64,000 bases of DNA, taken from NCBI GenBank assembly GCA_030704615.1, contig CM060733.1, positions 4,030,001 to 4,094,000 on the forward strand. Direction: 5' to 3'. The DNA comes from Takakia lepidozioides (lineage: Eukaryota > Plantae > Bryophyta). The translations under genes were made by a program, and so were the position numbers. Under the pieces are notes generated by a model that saw only the letters and a list, made by a program, of their open reading frames with translations, did not search any database and had not been told where the DNA came from. Positions 49,701 to 62,129 of the stretch are shown piece after piece (positions within the stretch are counted from its first letter, which is position 1; each line of letters starts with the position of its first letter).

Positions 49701-52657
49701 TGATAATGTCCTTGAATGGCGTTGACGACATTCACATCCGGAGTTGTTGAGAGGTCCTCAGAGTTATGTAAATTTTTGTAATGTCCATAGAGGTTACAGT
49801 GAGGGTTCCTCACTTCATTTTGCTGAATGTCAATGCAGACATTCAGTTGTTCTGCATGGAATCTGGAGGCTTGATAAGCTCTGTTTATGAGAAATCCAAA
49901 GTGAATGTCGTGACGACATTCACTTCTGTGTCTGTATTATTCAACAGCGACAATTTGAATTTACATGGATTGGGAGCTAAGTAATTGGTTCCTTGTTGGT
50001 ATTTTTGTGAATGGCGTTGACGCATTCACATACAGTGTGTTGTGAGGTCCTCAGTGATATGTTTGTTATGAATGTGCATTGAGTTTTCCTGGGAGGGTTC
50101 CTTACGAGTTTATGATTTCCATCCTGTGATTTTGCTTCATTTGAGGAATAATTAGGCTCGATTAGGAGTGTATTCACAAATCCAAAGTGAATGTCGTTGA
50201 CGACATTCACTTCTATGTCTGTGTCATTCCAAAACGATAGTTTGCATTCACCTGGATTAGGGTGTATTTACAGTATCATTGAATGGAATGTTTTGAATGG
50301 CGTTGACGACATTCACATCTGGAGCAGTCGTGTGGTCCTGAAAGGTCCTTGGAGCAGTTCTCAGAGCCATTTCAATATATGTTTTTTTCATTCTGTTCTA
50401 CTTGCATCTTACTCACTGAGCGCTTTTGTGGGTTGGGATTTATCTCCTTTTTTTCAGGTACACGAAATATGTGCTTATGGAAGGAAATCACCTGAGCGGA
50501 ATTCGACTATCTTGACATGTGGTCGGACCCTGCAAACGATCCAACCATGTATACTGCAGGGATATTGAAGGACTGGAGTCCTTCACTTCAGAGACTGTGG
50601 GTGGTACCTTGACTGCCCACGGAGCACACGACCTTTCAAGAACAGCATATGAAATACTTGAACAATAACGCTGAGATGCTGGCGCCTTTTGACTGACGAA
50701 GAGTACCAACGAAACATAGCAACATTGGCTGCCAAGGAGCCTGATGCTCAGGGAACGCCGCAGAAGGGAAAGAAGGCGGGCCGCAAACCAAAAGACAAGG
50801 CTGTTGATGTCATAGCCATCTCACCAGCAAAGCCAAAGGACAAGACAAGTCCAAAGAGAAGGAAAAGGACAAGGGGAAGGAGAAAGAAAAAGGATGGAGA
50901 GTGGGCAGGACTTTACTGCTGGAAGATATACCCGCACTGTTCAGTGCGTGTTCGATGCCAAGCCACACCCTTCCCGTTCTGATTCGGCAGGAGAGATGAA
51001 AATTGTTAATGAGGGTTGGTTGTCGATGATGCAGAGTCGAAAGAGAGGATACACTGGGGTGCCTTCGCCCTACCTGGGACAATAGAATCTCATTCCTCAA
51101 TCCGGTGAGAATTCCAGTTTCTTTCCTTTTTCTTTGAAAGTTTTGTTGGCAGTATTTCAGTCTCGTTCTTTGAAAACATTCTTGCCATCGTTCTTATAAA
51201 AAACATGTCTGTTGCAGGTGAGCACAGGTCCCACCTTCGTGTGCGGTGTGCAGAAAACTTATGCGGCCGACATTGTCATTCTCGACATCCCGGATGGCCA
51301 GGCTGTGCCAGAAGTTCTTCCAAAGGGCAAGACACCAGGCTGGAACAAATTCGAGGACAACTACTGGAGTTGGGTGTTCGGGTTCTGTAATAACTTCCTC
51401 TCTGATGCAGGGACACTTCTGCTTTTTCAGTCATGTGACAATGATAGTCGTCGGGCATTGGCATCATACCTCAAGTCTTCAGGGTTTGAAGTTTTGCGCA
51501 CATGGAATTGTGTAAACAGCCTCTACCTTGTGAAAGGGGGTTTCCTGGTCAGCTGGTATGCCGTCTCCCTTCTGCTTGTGCTTTCATGATGAGTTTCAAT
51601 GTTCTCTGCAGCTCCACTCTAGTAGAATCTGTTATGATCGACACCGATCATCATCACGATTCGTGATAAAAATGATTTTTTTTTTTGTGTCTGAGTTCTG
51701 AATAGCCGATGTACACACTTCCACTATAGATTGTGTTTACTACACTAACCTGCTATCTTTGGCAGACGAGGATGTTCGAGGCGATCTGCCTGCGGAGGAT
51801 TCACACCTCAAAGACACCATCCTCCATCCGCAACTTTGAGATTTCTGACCAGGGTTGTTTCGCACCTATGAGCCCCATGTCGATGACATTTTGTACAACT
51901 TCATGCAGTCCAGTCAGACTCTGAAGAGACCAGATGGCACTCCCTGGAGAGGTGTAAAGGAAAAGTCCCCAGCGTTCATGCAAATACTGTTGGAGTCATG
52001 CAGCCACCGCTCTGCACGGGTGGTCGATCTTTCTGTGTCCACAGGTTCGTTCTTTCCCTTCCGAATTGGTTTTCTTTCAACAGTTTCATCTGCTTAAATC
52101 CCCCCCAAACTGTTCATGTCCTCCTGTCTGGTGCAGGAGCAACTTACCATGCATGCAAGGCAGGCGGAAGAAGCCTTTTTGGCATGGAGGGTGATTCTGA
52201 CCTCTACAACACAGTGCTCCTCCCCCTTTTGTCTGGCTCCACTTCAGGCACACAGACTGATCGGATTCAAATTCGAAATGATGACGATCCCGAAGATAAG
52301 CTGGTCGACAACGACTTTTCATGTGAGTAAGTGCTAAACCCTCTTTGGGAGCCATACTCAATTTCTCAATAACATCAAAGTTACAGTAATAACTTTTCAG
52401 GCTGTCTTTCAGGAAAGGCAGCGGTGGATCTTCAGAGATATAGTCATTTCTGGCAAGTCTGTTTTCGACAGCCCCCTTTCCAATTTTCTGCTTCTGGTTT
52501 GCCGAAGCAATGGCACTTCACGCGGCCGAGTCCCTATCCCCTGACTTTTTAGTGGCCCAGCCGTAGGTGTATCCAGCGTGGATCCGGTGTTCTAAAATAC
52601 TTAGACTTAGATGCAGAGGAAGCGGGGATACATTGTACTGACTCTGAGTCAGACTAA
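46759..52657 (+). pseudogene. Multi-exon ParB/Srx-like + beta-class DNA N4C/N6A methyltransferase-like gene, copy A (several 1-bp frameshifts as assembled)
   Basis: Exon 2 has VVRPPL...FYVWDDNHRLLAW. Later exons give ADIVILDIPDG...FLSDAGTLLLF, WRGVKEKSPAFMQILLESCS...RVVDLSVSTG|ATYHACKAGGRSLFGMEGD. GT-AG introns at ~47056-47793, 48423-48516, 48709-48792, 49201-49285, 49512-50457 and 52045-52136. Confidence 0.75.
49590..50320. repeat. Intronic array of 7 palindromes, (G)TGAATGTCGTTGACGACATTCA(C)
   Basis: Copies at 49593, 49713, 49824, 49901, 50007, 50187 and 50294. Confidence 0.85.
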
Positions 52658-52789
52658 ACTATATTCTTTTAATATTCATTTTCATATTATCTGGAAAACG
52701 TTGAATCCCCTTCCTCCACCGTAGTTGTTCCTTTAGAACAAATAATAATCACAGAATCAACTTTCATTTAAATTGCAATATGTATGAAA

Positions 52790-53145
52790 ATCCATCTCAC
52801 AAACCTCCCTGACTCTTCTCATATCCATTGTGCATTCATCTACAATGTATTCATGCGTGCTCCATTCATGAATTTTTTCCTTTGTTCAACATCTATTGTA
52901 CATTCATCATCTGTACTCTTTAATCCACCCCACAAACCTTCCACACTCATTTCATATACGTTGTGCATTCGTCAAAAGTTTTGGTCATGCATCTTCCTGT
53001 CATGAATTTTTGTCATTGCTCAACATCCATTATACATTCATCCATTTTACTCTTATCCATTCCTCATTCATCCATCTATATTCATTTTTCACACTCATCC
53101 ATCTGTTTATCATCCAACTGTACATTCATCCATCCTTTATTCAAT
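52790..53145. repeat. TTCATCC-rich low-complexity tract (mirrored at 56050-56410)
   Basis: Many CATTCATC/TCATCC motifs. Confidence 0.6.
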
Positions 53146-53219
53146 GCTTTTTATTATGTCGTCCAGCTTGTTTCCGCGGTAAAGGGTGCCAATCCGCGGA
53201 ATACACTCCACTTCTTTCT

Positions 53220-53359
53220 GGGCGTGGTGTGACGCGGCCTTCACGTGTGATGACGTGGAGTGAGCCCCGTGACGTGGCATTTGCGCAAGGTGACGTGGCG
53301 TGAGCGCAGTTGCGCTCACGCGCTCACGTTACCAGGCTCACGCCGAGGCATCCCTGCCC
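53220..53359. mobile_element. Element terminus of copy A, rich in TGACGTGGC / GCGTGAGC motifs
   Basis: Reverse complement matches 55843-55985; homology with copy B stops here. Confidence 0.7.
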
Positions 53360-53366
53360 ACGTGAG

Positions 53367-54900
53367 TAGCTGCATTGATTGCAGGACTTCTCTGGTTGCC
53401 TCCGTATTGTTGCAAAGTGATACACAATACTTTAGTTAACACACTTGCGATGTTATCTAACATCTTGGGTATCACTTTGTAACTATGGCCACGCACATGC
53501 ATGAATGTCTCTGCTTTGAATGCTATATCCTTGCTTCAAATGATGATGGGTTGAAAGTATTTGCTGGCAGACGTGGATTGACAAGAGATCTCCCGGCTTT
53601 ACTATGTCGGGAGACCTCCTGTTGTTGCTTTCTCGGAAGATATCCCACCTCTCTGGTACGGGAGGTCTCCCGTGCTCTTAAAGACCATTCTTTTCTGCTT
53701 GTTTAAGTTGACCAGTCTGACACAAAACACTATTAATAACCCAAGTGATTAACCACAATGATTAAGGGGATTTCAAGAGTGCATGATCAAACTTACCATG
53801 TAAACCACAAGACTTCTGTATCATTGGCAATGTTATATAAGATCTTGTGGTTTACTTGATAAGTATGGCAAGCCAGAAACTTGGAGTAATTCCCAGATTG
53901 ATTCATTGATGATGGGTCAAATGTGAGTGCTGGCAGAATTTCATTGACGGGAAATATTCCATTCTTCCATTGACGGGAGACCTCCCGTCCTCCCTTTCAC
54001 TATACTTTTTGAGTCTTATACGGCGAGGAACTACCCACATGATTATCCAGATTCATTCTGAGCGCATGCACATTCCTACAATGTGATAGACAAGACTTTA
54101 TTTAACACAATGGCGATGTTATCTAAGATCTTGTGGATCAATTTGTGGGCATGGACATTCTATGTCTCTGAAAATGAGTCCTCTGTTATTGCTTCAAATG
54201 ATGGGTTTAATGTGTGAGATGGAAGTATGTATACATGTGAGTACATACGTGAGATGAATAGTTTATAAGGATGTTGTTCCGAATTATATTGAATTTTTGT
54301 TTAAGTCCTTTGACGGGACACCTCCCTTCATACATTGCCAATTCCTACTGATACCCATTTGATGAGTAACATTCATTATGGGACATTTTGGGTTGCAGCC
54401 AAATAGTTACAGAGGGTCACACAAGTCTTTATGTTACACCCTGGCGATGTAATCTAAAATCTTATGTGGCCTTCATATAATTCTTGGCATGCACAAGCCT
54501 GAATAGTTCTTGCTTACGATGATGGGCGGAAAGTGTGAGTAGGCAGAGGTCCATTGATTATCCTATTTGATTAGAAACAACCCAAGTGATTAATAACATT
54601 CATTACGGGACATTTCTAGGTGCAACCAAATAGTTACAGAGGGTCACACAAGTCTTTATATCACACACTGGTGATGTAATCTAAAATCTTGTGTGGCCTT
54701 CATGTAATTCTGGCCATGCACAAGCCTGAAATGTGTTTGCTCGGTTAATGCTTGAAACTGTGATGGGTTGAAAGTGTGAGATGTCGGAAGGTCTGATTTA
54801 TTCTAAATAAATTACATCGTTTGATGGGAGGCCTCCCGTCCTCCTTTGACCATTAACATCTTTATGTTGGGACTGCCCAATTACTGAAAGTTACTAACCG
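53367..54900. repeat. Tandem array of ~5 diverged 230-380 bp units, each with GACGGGAGRYCTCCCGTC palindromes
   Basis: Unit starts (CCCA.GTGAT-like) near 53357, 53740, 54034, 54354 and 54580. Confidence 0.75.
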
Positions 54901-54949
54901 GTTAATTTTTGATCCATCAGGAATCCAACTGTAGGGTATTGGAAGGTAA

Positions 54950-55842
54950 CGCACCTTGGTCGTATGGTCTCAGCAAAAGCCTCTGCTGAGAAATCCTTCA
55001 ACCTTATCAGACTGCTGCGTTCAAAGGTTTCCGCCGAAAAGGCGCAATCCTCCTCGGAGTCTGAGGGCAGGGGCGAGGGATCTGCTGGGGGTGAGGGTAT
55101 TGTGGAGTCCTCACCAGTTACACATGCTCATTCTGAAAGAAGTCAAGGCCGCCAGGAGAGCTCACAAATGTCCCGCAACACCAACTCTCGAAAGGATTTA
55201 CTAACGCAACCAGATACAACCGGAAATAGACCTGTGCACTTGGAGGAAGATGAAGATGACAGTGAGACTGAATCCAACGGCGTGCAACAGAGCCCATTTC
55301 AGAACCCATTTATCCAGCATTCGACTGGAGTGCATATACGCGACGTGGAGTCAGAAAATATTTCGCCATAAGGGCAAGCCAAAGGCCGGCGGACGATGGG
55401 CGGTACGCTTCAGTTCTCCCCGGAACCAATATCCTCTAGGCCCCCGAATATCTCAACTCGCCAACTATATAATCCTCAGATCGATGCAAGAGTGCGAGTC
55501 AACGCGGGCATGCACATGGAGATTATCAATATTGATGAGGACGAAGTGGTCAACAGGGTTAAGTCAGCATTTCATTTTGGAGGGCCAACGAATGCCTCCA
55601 TTGACTTTACTTCCCAAGTCCAATATACAGGTGGGGATAGGCTTCACGCGATATGGGACTTTTCTGAGATGACACCCAATCAAGTCGACTACGTTCTTTC
55701 TGCAGACCTTATCACGGGAGGTCTCCCGTTCTCCAAGGCTCCGCGGCCGGCACTGCAACCATGCTTGTCGTCCTCTCCTGGTGGAACACCGGTCCCCACA
55801 GTCACTCAAACTTTTTTACGTCCACAAGACCTCCCAGTAACC
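54950..55842 (+). pseudogene. Unassigned coding remnant of the element, possibly transposase 3' exons, cut off by copy B
   Basis: ORFs 54964-55371 and 55396-55878 follow the repeat array on the strand the transposase would occupy before inversion. No family recognised. Confidence 0.3.
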
Positions 55843-56537
55843 GAGCAGGGATGCCTCGGCGTGAGCCTGGTCACGTGAGCGCGTGAGCGCGACTGCGCTC
55901 ACGCACGTCACCTTGCGCAAATGCCACGTCACGGGTCTCAGTCCACGTCATCACACGTGGAGGCCGAGTCACCACGCACCCAGAAAGAAGGGAGTGTATT
56001 CCGCGGATTGGCACCCTTTACCGCGGAAACAAGCTGGACGGCATAATAAAAGGCATTGAATAAATGATGGATGAATGTACAGTTGGATGATAAACAGATG
56101 GATGAGTTTGAAAAATCTATGTAGATGGATGAATGACGGATGGATAAGAGTAAAATGGAAATGTATAATGGATGTTGAGCAATGACAAAAATTCATGACA
56201 GGAAGATGCATGACCAAATCTTTTGACGAATGCACAAAGTATATGAAATGAGTGTGGAAGGTTTTGTGGGGTGGATTAAAGAGTACAGAGGATGAATGTA
56301 CAATGGATGTTGTACAAAGGAAGCTTTCATGAATGGAGCACGCATGAATACAGTGTAGATGAATGCACAATGGATATGAGAAGAGTCAGGAAGGTTTGTG
56401 AGATGGATTCATACATATAGCAATTTAAACGAAAGTTGATTCTGTGATTATTATTTGTTCTAAAGGAACAACTACGGTAGAGTAAGGGGATTCAACGTTT
56501 CCAGATAATATGAAAATGAATATTAAAAGAATACAGT

Positions 56538-59500
56538 TCAGTCTGACTCAGAGTCAGTACAATGTATCCCCTCTTCCTCTGCATCTAAGTCTAAGTATTT
56601 TAGAACACCGGATCCACGCGGATACACCTACGGCTGGCCACTAAAAAGTCAGGGGATAGGGACTCGGACGCGTGAAGTGCCATTGCTTCGGCATAAACAG
56701 GGAGCAGAAAATTGGAAAGGGGGCTGTCGAAAACAGACTCGCCAGAAATGACTGTATCTCCTGAAGATCCACCGCTGGCTTTCCTGAAAGACAGCCTGAA
56801 AAAGTTATTACTGTAACTTTGATGTTATCGAGAAATTGAGTATGACTCCCAAAGAGGGTTTAGCACTTACTCACATGAAAAGTCGTTGTCGACCTGCTTA
56901 TCTTCGGGATCGTCATCATTTCGAATATGAATCCGATCAGTCTGTGTGCCTGAAGTGGAGCCAGACAAAAGGGGGGAGCACTGTGTTGTAGAGGTCAGAA
57001 TCACCCTCCATACCAAAAAGGCTTCTTCCGCCTGCCTTGCATGCGTGGTAAGTTGCTCCTGCACCAGACAGGAGAACATAAACAGTTTGGAGGAGGGGAT
57101 TTAAGCAGATGAAACTGTTGAAAGGAAACCAATTCGGAAGGGAGAAAACGAACCTGTGGACACAGAAAGATCGACAACCCGTGCAGAGCGGTGGCTGCAT
57201 GACTCCAGCAGTATTTGCATGAATGCTGGTGACTTTTCCTTTGCACCTCTCCAGGGAGTGCCATCTGGTCTCTTCAGAGTCTGACTGGACTGCATGAAGT
57301 TGTACAAAATGTCATCGACATGGGGCTCATAGGGGGGTTGACGAAACAACCCTGGTCAGAAATCTCAAAGCTGCGGATGGAGGATGGTGTCTTTGATGTG
57401 CGAATCCTCCGCAGGCAGATCGCCTCGAACATCCTCGTCTGCCAAAGATAGCAGGTTAGTGTGGTAAACACAATCTAAAGTGGAAGTGTGTACATCGGCT
57501 ATTCAGAACTCTGACACCAAAAAACCATGAATCGTTGATGATCGGTGTCGATCATAAAACATTCTACTAGAGTGGCTGCAGAGAAAATTGAAACTCATGA
57601 TCAAAGCATAAGCAGAAGGCAGACGGCATACCAGCTGACCAGGGAAACCCCCTTTCACAAGGTAGAGGCTGTTCACACAATTCCATGTGCGCAAAACTTC
57701 AAACCCTGAAGACTTGAGGTATGATGCCAATGCCCGACGACTATCATTGTCACATGACTGAAAAAGCAGAAGTGTCCCTGCATCAGAGAGGAAATTGTTA
57801 CAGAACCCGAATACCCAACTCCAGTAGTTGTCCTCGAATTTGTTCCACCCTGGCGTCTTGCCCCTTTGGAAGAACTTCTGGCACAGCCTGGCCATCCGGG
57901 ATGTCGAGAATGACAATGTCGGCCGCATAAGTTTTCTGCACACCGCACACGAAGGTGGGACCTGTGCTCACCTGCAACAGACATGTTTTTTATAAGAACG
58001 ATGGCAAGAATGTTTTCAAAGAACGAGACTGAAATACTGCCAACGAAACATTCAGAGAAAAGGAAAGAAAATGGAATTCTCACCAGATTGAGGAATGAGA
58101 TTATATTGTCCCAGGTAGGGGATGGCACCCCAGTGTATCCTCTCTTTCGACTCTGCATCATCGAAAGCCAACCCTCATTAACAATTTTCATCTCTCCTGC
58201 TGAATCAGAACGGGAAGGGTGTGGCTTGGCATCGAACACGCACTGAAGAGTGCGGGTATATCTTCCAGCACTAAAGTCCTGCCCACTCTCCATCCTTTTC
58301 ATTCTCCTTCCCCTTGTCCTTTTCCTTCTTTTTGGACTTGTCTTTGTCCTTTGGCTTTGCTGGTGAGATGGCTATGACATCAACAGCCTTGTCTTTTGGT
58401 TTGCGGCCCGCCTTCTTTCCCTTCTGCGGCGTTCCCTGAGCATCAGGCTCCTTGGCAGCCAAGGTTGCTATGTTTCGTTGATACTCTTCGTCAGTCAAAG
58501 GCGCCAGCATCTCAGCGTTATTGTTCAAGTATTTCATATGCTGTTTTGAAAGGTCGTGTGCTCAGGTGGGCAGTCAAGGTACACCCCCAGTCTCTGAAGT
58601 GAGAAGGACTCCAGTCCTTCAATATCCCTGCAGTATACATGGTTGGATCGTTTGCAGGGTCCGACCACATGTCAAGATAGTCGGGAATTCCGCTCAGGTG
58701 ATTTTCCTTCCATAAGCACATATTTCGTGTACCTGAAAAAAGGAGATGAATCCCAACCCACAAAAGCGCTCAGTGAGTAAGATGCAAGTAGAACAGAAAG
58801 AATAAAACATGGATTGAAATGGCTCTGACAACTGCTCCAAGGACCTTTCAGGACCACACTACTGCTCCATATGAATGTCGTCAACGCCATTCAGAACATT
58901 CCATTCCATGACACTGTAAATACATCCTAATCCAGGTGAATGCAAATAAGCGATTAGAAATGACACAGACATAGAAGTGAATGTCGTCAACGACATTCAA
59001 GAATGAAGCCAAATTATTACTGAAATGAAGCAAAATCACAGGATGGAAATAAAAAAATTGAGTAAGGAACCATCCAGGAAAACTCAATGCACATTCATAA
59101 CGAACCTATCACTGAGGACCTCACAACATCACGTATGAATGGCGTCAACGCCATTCACAAAAATACAAAAAGAAACCAATTACTTAGCTCCCCAATCCAT
59201 GAAATTGAATTTTGTCGTTTTTTAATAATACAGACACAGCTGTGAATGTCGTCAACGACATTCACTTTGGATTTTTAAAACAGAGCTTATCAAGCCTCCA
59301 TATTCATCGCAAGAGGAAAAAAACAATGCAGAACAACTGAATGTCTGCATTGACATTCAGCAAAATGAAGTGATCAACCTCATGTATCCTCTATGGACAT
59401 TACAAAAATTTAAATAACCTTGAGGACCGCACAACAACTCCGTATGTGAATGTCGTCAACGCCATTCAAGGACATTATCAATTCTAATCAGGGACAATAT

Positions 59501-62129
59501 AATTGCACCCTTAGATCCTAACCAGGTGAATTCATATACTCGCTTAAGAATGACTCAGACAAAGAAGTGAATGTCGTCAACGACATTCAATCTGGATCTA
59601 AGATTGCAATCCATATGAAGCCACAATTTTTCCCAAAAAAACAGTAGAGTTTCAAGTATGACATTTCACCTGTACACAACTCGCATCATGGCCCACTCTC
59701 CTCCAACCTGACTGTCAAAGTCGTTGGACCGTAAAATGTTACCATCTTTTGGAGAACTCCCGGAAAAAACAGTATCTCCAGGTGAGACCTCTCCACTTCC
59801 TTATGTATGCCTCCAATGACATTTGGGGAGGGGAAACAATCGCAATGTTCAGGTCCTTCAAAGTCTGATCCAGCACAATGACGGCGCGCTTTTCGAGCTG
59901 CAAATAGAATATTTGTCAGAATTGCAAAAAGAAACACATCACATACTTGAAGATAAGAAACAGCATGTTCGAATACACACCTGACTCCAAAATGTAGCCT
60001 TGTGGAGCCAGTTATCAAACACCAAATCACTGATTCCTTCCACCTTTGTGCCAGGCTGTATGGTGCTCTTTGGGAACTGATTCAAGTCCTTTACTGTTTG
60101 ATCTGAGTTCCATATCTCCAGCCACCTTATTTTTTTGTTTGTGGGTCGACCATCGATATGGCCAGCCGGTGCAATTTCTCCTGCTGCATCTCCGGATGCA
60201 CATGCTTGTCATAGTGTGTTTTGATCTGCTGAAGGAACTCAGGACCAAGTCCAGGATCTACTATTTCTAAGCTGCTTTCCGAAGGCTGACATCAATTTGG
60301 TTCTTCGCATCTCAAACTCCTTCTTTATTGCAGCTTCCACACCTTTGATGTCCTTAGTTCCTCTGGTGTAGTGCGGTAATATTCGGATTTTCCCTTCTCA
60401 GCTGCCTCTGCCAGTTCTTGCTGCATTCATTCAAGTAGTGATTAGCTCCGAAGGGACTCTAAACATGTATTCGAAAAGTAAACAGATTACAGACTCGGGC
60501 TTACCGCATACATGTACTCCAAAACGCCTCTCGTGTCAAAGAATACCAAGTGCCTGCAGCTCTTCCTGTTTCGCACTTCTTGATGATATTGGGTGGTAGT
60601 ACTGTCCGAAAATCATCCAGCTTCATCAGACCAATCCTCTGAATTCGGAATAGTGTGTGAACCAAGCTTGTTGTCACATGCGATTTCTCTGTCGATCTGC
60701 AAAAACATTGAAAACATTGCATTCCTTAACACTGTTTTTTGAGGATCAACAAGACACTACAGAGGGAATCAAATCTCCTGGATGACTTACTTGTTCACGT
60801 CGTGCATAGCTGTAAGAAGCCTAGCGATGTCGTTTCCTGGATCCAAAACCATTGCCTCCACAGCAACATGCTTGTCTTTGTCTTTCGAATGGTGTTTCTG
60901 AATGTATCCCATCCATGCCAGCAATCGGTGGTTGCCGTCCCAGACGTAGAACATGTGGTTGCAAAATTGCTGGGTGTTCTTTCCCATCATGAGGCCCAGC
61001 TCGAACTCCTCATTGGCATCTTTCCAGCACTCATCCCAGTTTATATTATATCCGTCAGTGACACATAAAAACTTGTGCACCAAGTCTATATCCATGCACA
61101 AAATCACTCTCCAATTTTGTTATGTCATGGGAAAGAGGTGGACGCACAACAGGCATTGATATCATCCCGGCACAGAGGTATGTCCAGACGCCCTCCAGAT
61201 ACGAGCATGTCCCTTATAACCTCCTGAGAGTTTACCTTCTGGAATGACATGAGTTCTTTCACCTTGTCAAGGTAGTGCACTTCGGATTCATCTGCTTCAT
61301 CTGTATTCTCTGAGCTTTTTGCGGACTCGTCCCCATCTCCAGATCCTTTCCCCTCTGATCCTGTAGGCTTCGACCTCACAGTTTTCTGCACGATGCCATT
61401 CAGTTCTGACTAAGTGATTTGCAAATAGTGAATGGCGGTAACGACAATCACTCTGTATCAAGGAAACTCACCATGAATGGTGTGAAAGAATTCAGCACAA
61501 TCTACACATGCAAAGCCGAGACTGCCGTATTCAAAACAAAAGTGAGAGCGATAGCGAACGGCGTTAACGACAATCACAAAAGATAACACCTGCCGGATCG
61601 GTGTTGTGTAAATGACATATATGTGCAACTGATTGGCGGCAACGACATTCAGTGTTTAGGGAGAATAGTAAGTGCAGACTCTCTCTTCAAACACATAGGT
61701 ACATAAATCTCATGAGCAGAATCGAATGGCGTTAACGACGCTCGCGATTCAGTAGTTCCTGCTAAAGAATGGAAGAGGAAGGACTCCTTGAAAGGCAATC
61801 ACATAGATATATGATAAAACTTACTGGCACCTTCTTAGGTTTTGAAATTTGATCCCCTTCTTAGCAGCTTTCCTCTTCCCTCTCACATCTGCTGGAGTTT
61901 CTGTCTGCGCAAGGGTTTCTTGACCTTCTTCCAGGTTCGGCGTTCCGCGTGCTTCCACCTTTTCAGTGTCCCTGCGATTCATCTCTGCCTCCACAGGCTG
62001 GCGCACTCTTATCGCCGACTGTGTCGCGCAGCCGCTGCCTCTCAGTCTCCGTCTGCTCTTGTGAATCAGTCTCCGCGTTCACACCTGCTGCCTTGGCCCT
62101 GTGTTCTCCAACAAACGACGCCTCGTCAT
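56538..62129 (-). pseudogene. ParB/Srx-like + beta-class DNA methyltransferase-like gene, copy B
   Basis: FYVWDGNHRLLAW (intact DGxHR); DIPDG; WRGAKEKSPAFMQILLESCSHRSARVVDLSVSTG; ATYHACKAGGRSLFGMEGD. Same exon layout as copy A, with different frameshifts. Confidence 0.75.
58870..59590. repeat. Intronic palindrome array, copy B (7 units)
   Basis: TGAATGTCGTCAACGACATTCA-type units near 58872, 58977, 59135, 59242, 59338, 59446 and 59567. Confidence 0.85.

Larger units (their letters stand above)
43047..53366. mobile_element. Mutator-like DNA transposon carrying a ParB-like/DNA methyltransferase-like cargo gene, copy A (inverted segment)
   Basis: Divergent transposase and cargo gene; its 44890-53359 portion is collinear in reverse with 55843-64000; bounded by CTCACGTGGG / CCCACGTGAG. 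Confidence 0.8.

Noticed and set aside
49590-50320. CRISPR-like appearance (palindromic repeats with spacers)
   Set aside because: Spacers are long, variable and related to one another; the array sits in a spliceosomal intron; no cas genes are present.
46759-52657. Bacterial or phage contamination as the source of the ParB/MTase sequence
   Set aside because: Multiple GT-AG introns splice in frame, one of them inside motif I, and the region is contiguous with plant PPR and transposon DNA.
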